Assembly: GCA_964247055.1 (NCBI GenBank)
Contig: OZ176052.1
Location: forward strand, 3,224,001-3,288,000
Reading direction: 5' to 3'
Origin: Paragordius varius
Lineage: Eukaryota > Animalia > Nematomorpha
Length of the DNA stretch: 64,000 nt
Shown: piece by piece, positions 1-14,178 of the stretch
How positions within the stretch are numbered: the stretch's first letter is position 1
Layout: each line of letters starts with the position of its first letter
Position numbers and translations under genes: made by a program
Notes under the pieces: model-generated
What the model saw: the letters and a program-made list of their open reading frames with translations, nothing else
Databases searched by the model: none
Told to the model about the DNA's origin: nothing

Positions 1-78
1 TCTCTCAGTTAAACAGGTAATAACTTATAATTCCACCTAGCATATAATATATATATATATATATATATTACGACATAT

Positions 79-3000
79 CTAAACATGATTTATTAATTTG
101 GATTCCAAGAAATTTATATAATCCTTGATTGCAATATCATAATCTAAATTTGTTGAAATGGCAAACTCACAACAATCATTTTGTTGCTTTATAGAAACAT
201 GTATGGCAGCACGCTGTAAGGGGCTTATGTTAGAATAATTGAGCTAATAAAAAAATATAAGCAAAAATTATTAGATTGTACGATGATGTTTATACAAGAT
301 AATTAAATATTGTCTGTAAATATTTTACAGTCCATCATGAATGTTTTTAAATAATAATGGGTAAAAAATAAATTTGGCTAAAATATCATGACATTTTAAT
401 ATTTAAAGCAGTAGTGGACCACATAAAATTTGCAAGCCAGGTCTAAGATCGTTTATTGTTAAAAAATCGCTAAACAATAACTATTATTACGAATATATTT
501 TCAAACCAAAAATGATTTTTGATTAATTATTTGCAACCAGCGTAAAATTATTAAGGGTGAGTTTATGGTTAAAACGAGATAATAATAATAATACAATAAT
601 AAGCTATAGGCATTATCATATTGTTAATTTCAGATTCAATAATTTATGTTAGCAATATACATATACTTTTAAACTAGACTCACTCAAAAATTTATGACAA
701 AAAATATAATTTTATAAAATCAAATAAATTAGAAATCCACATTTGGAATATATAAGGCGATTTTTGCACAAAATATAAGATTTTGATTCGATGAATAAAT
801 TTAACCATGACCTATTTTACATATTTACGTTTAATTCAATAAATATGGATATACGTCAAAATATTAAGTAAAATACCCAATCTATAAGTATGGAATATAG
901 GGCATTAGGGTTTTCGGACAGATATCTTTGTTTCATAATTTGAATTATTATATAAACAGGGATTTGACAAGAATATTCTAATTCATATATTAATAAAATT
1001 TTATTAAATGGGTTGTTTTTAATATAAAAATGTAATTATACCCAAAAATTGAAACGTTTTTGTCTTTAATGTTTCGACCACATTTTGGACAAGATTTGAG
1101 ATATTTGGGTCAGCATTCAACGATTCAATAAATATTGTAAACCAAAATGGAGATACTGTTTGTAAACCTAAATAAATAAAAAATCAAAAAAATTTTATTT
1201 CAAAAATTAGTTAAGTATAATATACCAAGCAAGTTTCTTTTATCAAGAAGATATATATCGATATCTTTGCATATAATTTGGAAAATAAGTTTATAATATT
1301 CAAACGACGTGTTATCCACAATTTCAGTGGTAATATTTTCACTATTAGTGGTTTGAATTGGTTGTAACAAAATGGATTGTAAAAATTGACAATATTTTTT
1401 CAATGTTGTTCGGTTTAAAACATTTTGAGAGTATGTATAAGTGTGATAGAAAAGGCGAGATAAATAGTGTATGTAACACATTGGGGCATTGCTAAATCTA
1501 ATATCATTATTTTTTATATAATACATGAAATCTAAAAATATATTCTTACAATATTTAACATGCTTTTTGTAAAAAATCAATGTCGGCCATTAAAAACAAA
1601 TCATTTTTTCAACATTATAACAGTATTTTTACTTTTATTGATGACTAAAGTAATTATAGCAAAATATTTTAAAACATACTCCGATATTTCGGATTGCATA
1701 TACTTTGCGGAGGATAATTGCATTTCAAAATCCTAAAATATAATTTTTAAATACTTTCGAAGAAACTTTTTCTACATCTCCAGAGATGGTATTTGGAAGT
1801 ACCAAGTCAACTTCAGCCAAAACAAAAAATGCCTAAATAAAATTATCAAAACACATAAAATGTATACCATAAAAACAAAATATAACATACGAAATTTAAC
1901 AAAATACTACCATCGATAAGCATAAATCGCTATGTTTCCCTTGACTTTTAGTTATGCTAACACATAGGTGCCTTGCAAAATTGATTAACCAACCATATTT
2001 AGGCCATATGATATTTCCAACAAAATTTTGAGCATTTGAATGAGCATTTTTGGTCGCAGGATTTGTTAATAAGGATTCATAAAACGAAAAATATGATTTG
2101 AGAAAATCCTTTAAAACCATTGATCTGAGCATATTTTTGATTGAAACAAAGTTTGATTTAGATTTATTAGGAGTTTGCAAGGATATATTAACGTCATCAA
2201 GTAAATCGATCATGTATTCATATAAGGATAGAAAAAGTAGGGCATGTAACTCACAGCTTTGACTAGATAGATATTCCAAAGTATCAAACCTGTTTTTATT
2301 TCAAAATATAAATTAATTTGTGAAAATTATCTATTTTTGGGGTAGTTTTTTACCTCAGGGATATTTACAATTTAATAAATGGCGAGACGTATTATTATTC
2401 TATAAATATTTGTAAATAATGTAAAAATACTAAAATATCATCAAATTAAACTTTGCGGTTAAATAATTTTTTATCCAATTCTTGCGAAATTGATAAAAAT
2501 GGCACATCATATGAATTGTTATAACATAAACTTTTTCTCATATAAACTTTTTCAAAAGTTAAGAAATTACACCAAAAAAATAGCAAAATATTACTTATAC
2601 TCTTCAAAGTTTTGCCCAATATTAGGTTGTGAGTCTTGGGGATTCTGACTCCTGGTTAAAAACTTTGAATACGTTTGTAAAATCCAACGCCGCGTACAAT
2701 GTGTCGCTTCTAAACACATTTCTAAACTACTGAATGTGTCCATGGAAATAATTGCATTTTTTAGCATGTTCTCTTTTAACATATTATTGGGTAAATTTTT
2801 ATGGCGTGGAAAAACCATAAAATATACATTCATAAAGTAGACTAGATAAGGGGAATCAATAGGTCTATGTACATTATGCATTTTAACCGTTGAATTCTGT
2901 AATATATGGAAGTTTTGGCTAAAATATTTGATAATGACTTTTTGTAAATAATGCAATTGTTTTGATTCCGGAATATTTTGCAACTGTTGTTGGCATGGGG

Positions 3001-6000
3001 TTAATATTATTTGTAAAATGATAAGAGAAAAACCAAAAACGGATTTTAAATTTGACTTTTCAATGGCCATTTTTGTTTGCTCCTCAAGTTTATAATGCAT
3101 GTAGATTAGGATAAGAGTGCATAACGATAAGTGAAATGCTATATCGAGTGGTTTATCCTGGTACTAAATAAAAAAATAATGAGATATACAATACCGCAAT
3201 TCAAAACGCAAAACTAAACCAATGTTCAGAAGGTAAAAAATGAATTAAATGAAAAAATAAAATTTGCAAATTTTGTATTTATCATATATATTGTTTAAAT
3301 TAGATTAATTAATAAAATTCGTTTTTTTCTAAACACTCATATATTATTACTTTTCCTACTATTAACTGGTTATAACCGTGATATTCAGAACGGTATTATC
3401 CTAAGGTTATAATCAAATCTTAAAAAATGGTTACAATTAAGATCTCATTTTTTTATAATATGCATTAAAAATTAATTATGCAATATAATTAATTAATAAC
3501 CAAAATTAAACATTAAAATATCTTGGAAAAATTTACTTCATGTAATGTTGGAAACATTTTAATCAGGATCCTTGCCACGAGCCTATTAACATATGGGTCT
3601 TTACAAAACATTCCAATATCAATACATTTTGGAACAAGGACTAAAGCATACATGCTTATAGTGAATACGGTATCAAAAACATGCAAAATATCAGTCTCGA
3701 TGATTGATTTATTATCACAATAATTATTACTATTATTGCAATATTTTTGGATAAATTCATGGATGAATCTTGGTTTTTCTTCTAAACAATCCGTAGTTGT
3801 ACTTTGGAAATTTAAATGATGTAGCAACATAAAGATTGGATAGATCTGTTGACATTTAACTAGATAGTGGTTATAAAAAAGGACAATTACATATTACAGT
3901 AAAAATTGAAATTATACGCACAAAAGACGTAAAAAATAAAGACAAATATTTTTTTACTAAAAGACAACCATTTTAAAACTGGATTAATTTAAATTTAAAT
4001 CATTGTTATATATTTCCAAAGTATAAAATATAGAAGTGTATTGGTAACATAATCAATTATATATTTTAGGCTTGTATTTAAGTATATTACTAGGATTAAT
4101 TAAGGTTTGAAAAACTATGGTTGTCTTTTAGAAAAAAATATTTGTCAATATATTTTTACGTTTTGTCCGTATAATTTCAATTTTTATTGTAATAAACGGG
4201 GGAAAAAAGGTTTTATTTAAAAATTTTACATTTTTTTGTAATAAAAATAAAAAGAATCAAAACTTTGAATTTCAGTGTCAATATTTTCGTTTTTTGAAGT
4301 CTTTTCCTCATCATCCGAACCACAAAGAAATTGGGAAAATGAATATATTTCATCAGTCATAAAATGAAATAGATTTAGATATTTGCTACGGAATTCTTTA
4401 TAATCCATTTCGGTATACTTGCTCTATTTCAATATGGTATATTATAGTTAAATACGTAATATAACAGCCAAAATTAGAGTATATATATATAAAAATTCGT
4501 CTATTGTAAAATACTTTTTACCCATACCAATTTTTAGATTGTGGAATTTAAATTTCACTATTAGATTGGAAATTATTAATGTGATTAAAATTAAACATCA
4601 TTCATGACTTACACCATTATAAAATATGTCTAATATTCCAAAAATCGAGTATAGTATGAATCTACCTTAATACATTAAATAAAAACTTTTTAAATATTTC
4701 CTAACCGCATTACTTGTAAATTTTTTGAATAATACTGATATAACCAAAACTATTTACATAACCTTTAAATATATGGAATATATCAAATATTTGTTAAAAA
4801 CTTTATTGTAATAAAAAAACAATTGTGTTGTCTTACTAATAATATTTCACATTTAAAAAACTCAATTATATCCAATCATACAAATATTACTATTAAAATT
4901 AAAAAAACATATATATACCATTTACACTTAAAATTCACCCTTAAAAAATTCCCCTGGTATTTTCATATTCATTCGAAAAATAAATTAGTGTTTCGGACTA
5001 ACATAACTTTTCATAAATATTTCTTTATTATTTATTTCATTATTATGGTAATTAAAATAAAATTTAAATGAAAAATATAAAAAAATATAGATAATCATTA
5101 ACATTCGAAAGTACATAATTTTTAGGGGAAATTGAATATTGTTCAAGGGTGAATTTGAGATGTATATGAGATGAAATATTGCCTTAATAATCATAAATAC
5201 CCGTTTATATCCATTAAAGGTAGAATTATAATAACAGGGCAGTGATAATGTAAAGATTGTTTGTGGCAGTGTGGCAACAGCAAATGTGTAACGAGATGCA
5301 AAATGATTCCCAAAAATCCGTTTTCCCATGGGGACAAAACAAAGGTTTGCTAAATTTTTTAAGGGCCAGACCTGACTCCCATACAGGGGTATAATACAGC
5401 CCATCATAACTTTGGATAAATGTCGGTATAATAATTTATCTGCCACAGGCAGAGATAATGGATCATGCGATGGTTGTGTTATTTGCGTTAAATCAAGATT
5501 TTGATTTTCAATTACTACATCAATGTTAGCATGCATTTTTTCGCTTCTCAAAGAAGAATATGGACGTGATGCGTTGAATATGTGTGCATCTTTATATATG
5601 TTACGGATAAAATTGAGTGCCAATATTTGTTGTGATAAAGCATCTAATAAGGACAAAGAAAAAGAGATGCAATTAATAAACGATAGATTTGATTTGAAAA
5701 ATTTGTTTAGGATTAAATTTCATTAAGTATTAAAATGGGTTATTTGGCATATGAAATATCTATAGAAGAAGGGGTTTCCACTCACTCACACACACCGAAA
5801 ATATTATGTGTGGTTGAGGTCTGTCAAATACTTGATAAAAATTGGTGTGAGTTTTATTTAAAATTTACAATAATTCAAAAAATTGGAGCTTATAGATTAA
5901 AGATAAATAAGATTCATATTTATAAATGCGGCCCTCGGAGTCATTTGTTTTTTACACTATTGAGTCTTAAACTCATTTCATAATATTATACAAATGTATA

Positions 6001-9000
6001 TTAAAAGTTCTCTACTTAAAACAACACAAAAATATTTTGTATTGACCTGGTAATCCAGTATTCAAGAAGACCTAAATTTCCTCAATATTAAAATCGAACG
6101 CAGAAGACAGAAAGAAATGGAAAACTATAACACGCTTACCTCCTTTGAAAGGAGAAAATAGCGTATAAAGGTGAATAAACAAAATATGGGTATTACATTT
6201 TTTCCCTGTGTTTGAGGCCCATTCAATAAGCACGTCCAAACATATATCCAACACATTAATCCCATCAACATTCTCATGATTTAGTTCATTATTAATCATA
6301 TCTTGGGGTAGAAAACCATTACCATTACCACTAAAAGCAACAGTATAATCGCCATTTTCCACCCGTGCCCCGAGAGTTTTATAAGGGACAACAAACGGAA
6401 CATTGACATAATGCGGAACGTGACATAACAGAGTTATCAGGTAAAATGGGAGACCAGCCCCTCGTCGAGTTACACATATATTGGGTTTTATATTGCTTGT
6501 TGTAATATATGATTCATCATCATTTTTAATTTGACTTTGCGTCATCACTAATAGGGTTGAATGGAATACGTTTGCTAATTTTTCTTTTTCATTCCCGCAC
6601 ACTGTTTGAGCATTGAAAGTGCCGATTGACTTCAAAAAATGGTATAACCAATATTGACCAATATGAATTTTAGCTTGTTCTATCGTGGCTTGACTATATA
6701 TATATATTGATGGGCAATGATTACAGGAAAAATTTTTTGCAATACATTTTTTTAACAACACTGCTTAAACATTTATAAACACTTAATTTAGGAAAACGAT
6801 TGTTTTAGTAAAAATATTGCTTTTCAACTTTGAAATTACTTTAAATTTAATTTAGAATGAAAAAAATGCTTATGATTAAAAAAACGACCTTTGCTGAAAA
6901 AGATATAAATGTTAATTATTTCCAACTTTGATGATTCAAAATAGATGAATGGTAATTCCATAAATGTTGAGTCTATTTTCTTCTTTCCTTCCTTTATTTT
7001 ACATTTAATGGGTGAAAAGAGTATTTTGCAAAACATATCGAAACCAGAATAAGCCAACTCCAAAGTTCCCATATGCAGTGATTGCGTTAGTATCATGTAG
7101 TAAAAATCATGGATTCTCAAAATCTTTATAAGAGATGAATAAAGATTAAATTTAAAAATTTGGCAATAAAATATTTGTAAAAAGGCTATTTTATTTTAAA
7201 CGCCATTTTGTGGACTAATTTTTGTCAGTTTCTGGTATTGAGAAAATATTTTTAAACAGTACTATAATGCGAAAAAAAACCGAAAAAAAACTTATTTTTA
7301 TAATAATAGTTGTGAGATTTGTTGATAAGATTTTTATTTATATAAGGTTATTATGCGCTTTTTACAAAAAAAGTTTAGCCATAACAAAGGTCTAAAAGAT
7401 CCATACTTTACATTCATAAATATATACCATTTTTTGTATTGGTTCAAAATGTTGGTTATTGTTAGATTGATCCCATATATTAGTGATCAGGTTCAAATAA
7501 TGAATTCCTGCTTTCATAATCAAGGGAAATAGTAGGGATATTTCACGCAAAGCTCTCCAACAATACATAGCAAAAGCTTGGGGACTAGTCATTTTTTCAT
7601 TCTGATTTTCGATTGTTGTATTTTCGTCACCATTTTCCAAAAATTTGGACACAAATTCTATTCGATAGAAAAGTTTTTTATTATAGACGGGAAAAGAATA
7701 ATTTAAATGTGATTTTATTAAATAGAAATTTTTTGAGTGGGTAAACTATATAAATGCGAAATGCGAAAACATCCAAAATGCTTGTTATAAATGCAAAGTA
7801 AATAAATTACTAATGAATACTGGTTAAAGATAAAAACTAAAAGTTTACTAGTATGTTTAATAGAAATGTTAAAATCAATACAATTAGGTATTTTCAGGTT
7901 TTTCATATATAAAGCTGGTTTATTATAATGCAAAAATATAAAATTTCAATTTTTGGAGTTTAAATTGCATGAAGCGTCAGCATATTAAAATATAAACTTA
8001 TAAAAACCCAAATATTTTTCATTGTTGGCAATATATCCTTCGGGTGCCGGATCTTTGACAAATTGAAATACAAATTTGGAGAAATTAATAAGTTCATCTA
8101 TAAATTTTAGCGGGAAAATATCATTTTCCTAAATAAACATTAAAAATATATGGCATAATTTACACTAAAAAATAAAATTGCTCATAAAGCGTAAAAAACT
8201 TATTTTTTTAATATATTATATCGTTTTGGTTTGCTAAAGGGGAGTAGGGATGTAAATAATTATGTCAATAACATAAAATTATGATTATATATTTTATTTA
8301 GGAAAAAAAGAAGGTTTAAAAACTATGTGCTTTTTTTAAAAATATATGTAATTAACTTTATTTTTTATGTGTAAATTTCAATTTTAGCTATAAAAAATAT
8401 TATAATTAACTAATATATTTTTAAAAAAACAAAAATGTATTTGCGGCAAACAAAATAACCATTTGAATGGAAATAGTGCATATAAAGAAAATTTATATAA
8501 AATTTAAAAATATATACATACTTTGAATAAATCCCTAACATTGGATGAAACTAGCAAATCATCCAAAAGATAACGGATATTCTGAAGCATTCCATAAAGA
8601 CACGGTTGTAATGTTTGTAAGGTACATAAATTATTTATGCGGTAAAAGGTTTCACCCATCAATGTGTTAATTAAGCATACTTTTAGATTTGTTGTGTTTA
8701 ACATTGGATACTTATCTTGCTATTTTAAACGAATACATAAATAAATAAATGGGGCAATTTACATGATAGTAAAATCAAAATTATATCATATATTACCCAA
8801 AATAGACCTAAATATTAATAATAGGAATGTTAAATATACTTTAAACACTCTTTTTGTTATATAATATATATATATATATATAAACTACACTTTGCTTACT
8901 GTAATTTTTGTAAATCCAGATGATTGCTGTTTCGTCATTAGATACTCTTTAAGAGAAAATAAAGGGATGTTTGCGCTGGTTTCAATAAAATTATCGGAAT

Positions 9001-10991
9001 TTTTTAAAGTTTTAGATTCTAAACAACAATTTTCAGATATTTTGAGGTAATATTTGAGCAGATATACGGAAGTTAACACTTCTTTGGGCCAAGGGCTATC
9101 ACATAAATTGAACCATTCTTCCCATTTGATAGGCCGTAATCTATCCTCATATGATTGAAACTATAGAATATGGAATAAATGAAAATTATAAAAAAACTAA
9201 ACCGAATAAATTAAAAATCACATTTTAATTTTAACTGAGAATCATAAACAATAAACATTTTCAAATCCGTAAATTACCATATTACGCAATGTATTATCTA
9301 AAATATAAGGTAAAATGAAAAGAATAGTTATTTTTAGCTTTATTGCATAAACGTACACATTTTAGCAAATAATTCTTTGAAATAATTCAAATACTACGTA
9401 AAAAACTGTAAAACTTATTTAGTTAACTAATTATACATTTATTTATTCATAATAAACTAAAAGAGTTTTTTTTCTCTTATTTAACAAAGTTGCAAACCTT
9501 GCAAACATAAAAAATATTTAAATCATATAATATCGATTCGAAATCTGTCACCGTAATTAATGCATGCAAAGCTATTGATTTGTGTTCTTCATACGTACTG
9601 TGTAATAAAACACGCTTCATTATACGACACGTAAGTTCTTGAATCCCCGGCATAAAATCTCCATTTTGCCCCATTATGTATTGAGGTGAATATAATATAT
9701 CCGTTTTAGATGTCGCAATATAATTATCATTATAACCATTTTGAATATTTGTCTTATCCTGGTTCTTTTTAACAGTAACATTACTATGTAGTGTACGTGA
9801 TTTAATAATACTGTTTACAAGGGATAAATGTAGGCAACATAACCCATAATTATTGCGAACATGTTCATTTTCGTCGGGAAATACGTTCAATAAGGTTTCA
9901 ACCTAATAATAAAAAAAGAGTTGGTTAAATTTGGAAATGATTTCCGAGAATATTTGCGATTTAACCATATAATTAAAATTCAAATCAAATAAATTTCATA
10001 GTAAAGAGTATCCCCTACTATGTAAAGAGGTGACCAGTTGTTTAATTATTTAATGTACATAAGATATATTTCTTTACAATATATTTGACATCAAAAACTG
10101 TATATACATAATTTTGTAATATATTTTATTTAGAGATCTATTTAACCCTTAAACATATTCAAATTCACCCTAAAATAAATTAAGTGTTTTTAAGATTAAA
10201 AATCACTTATATTATTTAGATCTTAAAAATAAGATTTTGTTAAAAATTAAAATAATACTACTATGCCATTAAGACATATTTCATATTAATAATGATTTAT
10301 TAGCCGGTAAACAATTTATTTTTAGGGTGAATTTGAATTGTTCAAGGATGAATTTATATTGTAAATGGTATACGAGAAAACAAGGGTAAAAACTTAACAT
10401 TATTTAAGAAATTAGGGAAATAGTAGTTAAATTAAACAAAAAGATAAAACCCACAAACCTTAACTCCATATTGGTTTGTCATATCATTCTCATTGCAATT
10501 TTTACTTTTTTTGTCACAAGAAAAATAAGAGGACATACTTAATAAACAAAATCGATAAAGGTATAAAACATGATTCCGGAAATGTATGAGGTACGTTGGA
10601 AAACAATGTAATAAATCATAGTTTTGTAAAAGTTCACAGTTATTAATTGAGTTAAAATGGGTTAATTTGTTTTCATAATAATGAGCTAATTGTTTCAGAT
10701 ATATCCGAACATAACGATACCATAATTCGATCCCCCGATCAACGTAACGTTCCAAGTAATGTATAATCTAAACAAAAGTAAATTAATATGATAAAATATA
10801 AAAAACTACTCAGTTTAAAAAAAGCCAGTTAATAATTTATTAATGTAGAATACATTTAAAGCTAGATGTAATTTTGATAAATTTATAAAACTAGGTTATA
10901 TATAAAGCATCATTGGTAAAATGTATTTATTATTAAAACCAAAAAATTACAAAATTATTGGAAATATTCTTGACGTAACTTTATTCCAAGC

Positions 10992-11023
<32 letters not shown>

Positions 11024-14000
11024 ACCTCTTTCCGGTAGGCGGGAGAATTGAGAATAAGAGTGTTGCATGAAAAGTTTAGGTATAATTGTTTAATTAATTG
11101 GGAAATAAAAGTAAATCGTTCCATATCCTCGGAAGATAAGGACTTAGGTAATTGAAAATGCGTTTGCAATAAATAAGCCCATAAATTGATTATTATGGTT
11201 ATCTGATAAAACAGATAAAAATATTAAATGGTATTTGCCATCAACCTCCATAAATAATAACTTAATATAAATTAAAGTAATTAATTAAAATGTGACTTAG
11301 CAAAATAATTTTCAAACATTTTATTTTTTAAAAAAAAGTTAAACCTGAGATCGATTGTTATCAAGAGTAAGGTTATTCAAAAAGGTTGGTGGCATATTTG
11401 TAAAATAATCTGCCCGGAGACAAGCAAGGGGAAAACATTCTTTCCAATCAATAGCTAATGGTGAATCTTTCCTATTTGCATTGCAAGAGTTTCCATGTAT
11501 AAATGGCAATAAGATTTTCTAACCATTCGAAAGTAAATAAATTTGAAACAACTATAATATATATTTTTTGAAACAAATCAAGCATAAATATAAAACATTT
11601 CAGAAACAATGGTTATTTAAAATGGAGTTTTTTTAAATTTAGCACTAAAAAAGTTATAATTATCTTATGAGCTATTTAAATTTTATCGTGAAATTAAATC
11701 AAAACCAAACTGTTTTACGGAAAATGAAAAAAAAACTGGTTTCTGTATAAAACCGTCTGTAATTATTCCCTTATTTTTACAAATCCTATCAAAATGGTCT
11801 TTAACCTAATGTGACCAGATATTTTGAACTCTAACGCAGTACAAAAACATATTTTGCCTGTATTTACACCATCGGTGTGGTATTCACAGTTTCCACAAAA
11901 AAATATCCAGATAAAATATATATATTCTGATAGGAAAATATCAGGATGATCATGGTGGTTTTGGGTTAAATTTTTAGATGTAGGGAAAGTCCCAATTTTT
12001 TGGCCCTTTCAAAATGGACTGTTTAATTAAAATAAACGCGAAATTCCGACATTGTGCAATAATTTTAAATATGTGCTAAATTTTGACCACTAAATATATA
12101 TTTTTTTAAAATGCATACATTCAAAAATTTAATTTTTAGCATGATTTTGTGGAAGCTTTGGGCATGATGGAAACGATATAAACGGTTAAGATGTTATAAC
12201 TACATATAAATCGATAATACTAATTTCTCAATCAGAATTTGGTTAAAATATTCAATTTATGTAAATTGTGTTTTTTTACAAAAATTCACCAAAATTTGCA
12301 AGCAAACAAACCTTTAAATTATAATTGTGATTGTTCAACATCAATTTAGAAAAAGAATTTTATTATATCTTAAGCGTTAAACCGTTTCCATCATGCTTCA
12401 AAATCGTTAGAAGTAAGCCTTAACAAATATCTCAAATTTGTTTATGCAAAAAATAAGAACACTAATGAAAATCAATTAGGAAAAAAAATTTAGAAAACGT
12501 AAAAACACTTTTTTTACCAAAAAAAGGTTTTTTCGAAATCATATGCCATTTATAGTAAATTTTAAATAATAGTTACGGGAATAACAATTCACCATATAAT
12601 TTTCCGTATAATTATAGCAAAAATGAACTTTCTAAACTTGATCCAACATTATATAAAATATCTAAAATTAATTTTGTTAATTTTAAATTTTGAGGCATCT
12701 CTTTTTGCGGAAGCCCTGAGTGAAAGAGCCATTAGCCTGAATCTTACGGTGAAGTCCGAGATTTATAGTTCGCCATTAGGTGAAAGGCTGCAATCATAAT
12801 CGGTTGACCAATCCAAAATCCAAGTTTATGTATAGTTCGAGCAGAAAATAAATATTAACCAATTAAAAATAAGCCAATCTTAGTTTTTTACCGCAAAATG
12901 AACCAAAAATTATGGGGTGATTCAGAGGGTACTATATCAAATTCTAAAATAATTTTTTTAAATAACCAAAAGGTAATCAATATATAATCATAAATAATTA
13001 TTTTTTTTAAATTCAAAAAGCAGTACAAAATTTGGCGCAGTACAGTCGCAGTTTTTTTCTGAAAATCCAGTACTGTACTGCGAAAAACAGCCTATCTGGT
13101 CACATTACTTTAACCTTCTAACCTAAACTATTACCTGGTCATTTTTGATGTCTTTGGTATAACGCAAATCAGTGATGACATTTAAACAACACATTTGATA
13201 CGTCGTAAATATTATACTATTATTTACGAATGAATCTGTTAATTTTTTAGTTGTGGGCATTTTATCAGTTAAAATGTTAACATTTGATCGATAAATAGGT
13301 GTAAGCTCCAAAATTTTGTCATTTTCTGTTGATTTTTCTGTTATGGAACATGGTAATTTATAGTCATACACATAAAGAACCGACAAAAATATGGCAGGAA
13401 AGTTTTTGAGGTAACTTCGGACAAAATTTTCGATGTCCGCACAGCATTTGCCTATATATAGGAAAAAAATTTTAAATTTTAATTTTAATTATATGTAAAT
13501 AAAATAATTATAGAGACAAAACGTTAAAACAATTTTATTATAAAAAATAAAGTCCTTGATTTTTCCTATTTAAAAATTATTTAATTTCAATTTAAAATAT
13601 ATATTTGATGTTACCAATCAAATCTCCCTTTCATCTTCAATAATTAATAAATCATATAAAGATAATCAGTTTAAAAAAGTACAACGATCTTAAAAAAATG
13701 TTTGCCTTAAATGGATTGGCTTTACTCTTAGTTAAATAGAGTAGTAAAAACAAATTAAATTTTAACTAATATTTTAAAAAATGTTACTCTGATAGTCAAC
13801 ATCGGAATCCTCTTCACTTTTTGCTAGATTTAACAGATAAGAAGTTAAAATGCCAGATAATTGATTGCAAATACCAGAGTTTTTATTGATTATTACGCTA
13901 AATTTTCTATAATCGTCCAATAATGTACAAAGCGTTTCTTTAATTTTGGCAATATATGGAATTATTTTCGATGGTACGTCTGGAGGATTATTACAATCGA

Positions 14001-14046
14001 TTAATTTCAAATTTTCACAAAATTTACTATAGGAAAACGTCTCCAT
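79..14046 (-). CDS. THADA: THADA/Trm732 (tRNA 32 2'-O-methyltransferase regulator), about 24 exons; 3' end below ~810 uncertain
   Basis: The minus-strand ORF-track segments join in phase through GT-AG introns from ATG 14046 (METFSYSKF). They carry the DUF2428-region motifs: KDPAPEGY, MYCWRALREISLLF, LHMGTLELAYSGF, CVTRRGAGLPFYL, QQILALNFIRNIYKD and SQVWPLKNLANLCF...KRIFG. These match human SSPEG, CCWRSMKEVALL, HRGAFELAYTGF and TRRSAGIPFY as recalled. Confidence 0.9.
3897..4189. mobile_element. MITE family B (~250-300 bp, CAGTAAAA TIR, TA TSD)
   Basis: TIR cagtaaaaattgaaattatacg.acaaaa / ttttgtccgtataatttcaatttttattg, flanked by TA. Other copies at 30024-30303, 60884-61131 and a partial at ~8260-8390. 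Confidence 0.85.
4918..5170. mobile_element. MITE family C (~250 bp, TA-CCATTTACA...aattcaccct TIR)
   Basis: Inverted arms aattcaccctt / ttcaagggtgaattt. Further copies at ~10120-10368 and ~24735-24969. All three copies are intronic. Confidence 0.75.
10120..10368. mobile_element. MITE family C copy
   Basis: ttcaaattcaccctaaaataaat ... ttttagggtgaatttgaa...tgtaaatggTA. Confidence 0.7.
11885..12530. mobile_element. Family A copy (partial) in a THADA intron
   Basis: Shares caggatgatcatggtggttttgg, aaacgcgaaatt and the central ttgtgtttttttacaaaaattcaccaaaattt block with 50636-51760. Confidence 0.6.
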
Positions 14047-14178
14047 AATTTTCCTGAAGGACAACGTAAAAATTAATAATACTTTTTTTGTAGATTATGG
14101 ATTAAAATTAAAGCCGATAAAAATTTATTGATTTCCAAAAAATAAAAACACGCTTAAAAAGTAAGCATTCGTGAAAAC
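14047..14178. promoter_or_regulatory. Probable compact bidirectional promoter for THADA and FAM8A1
   Basis: Only 132 bp separate the two divergent ATGs, so both 5' UTRs and core promoters must fit here or overlap coding sequence. Inferred from geometry alone. Confidence 0.55.
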
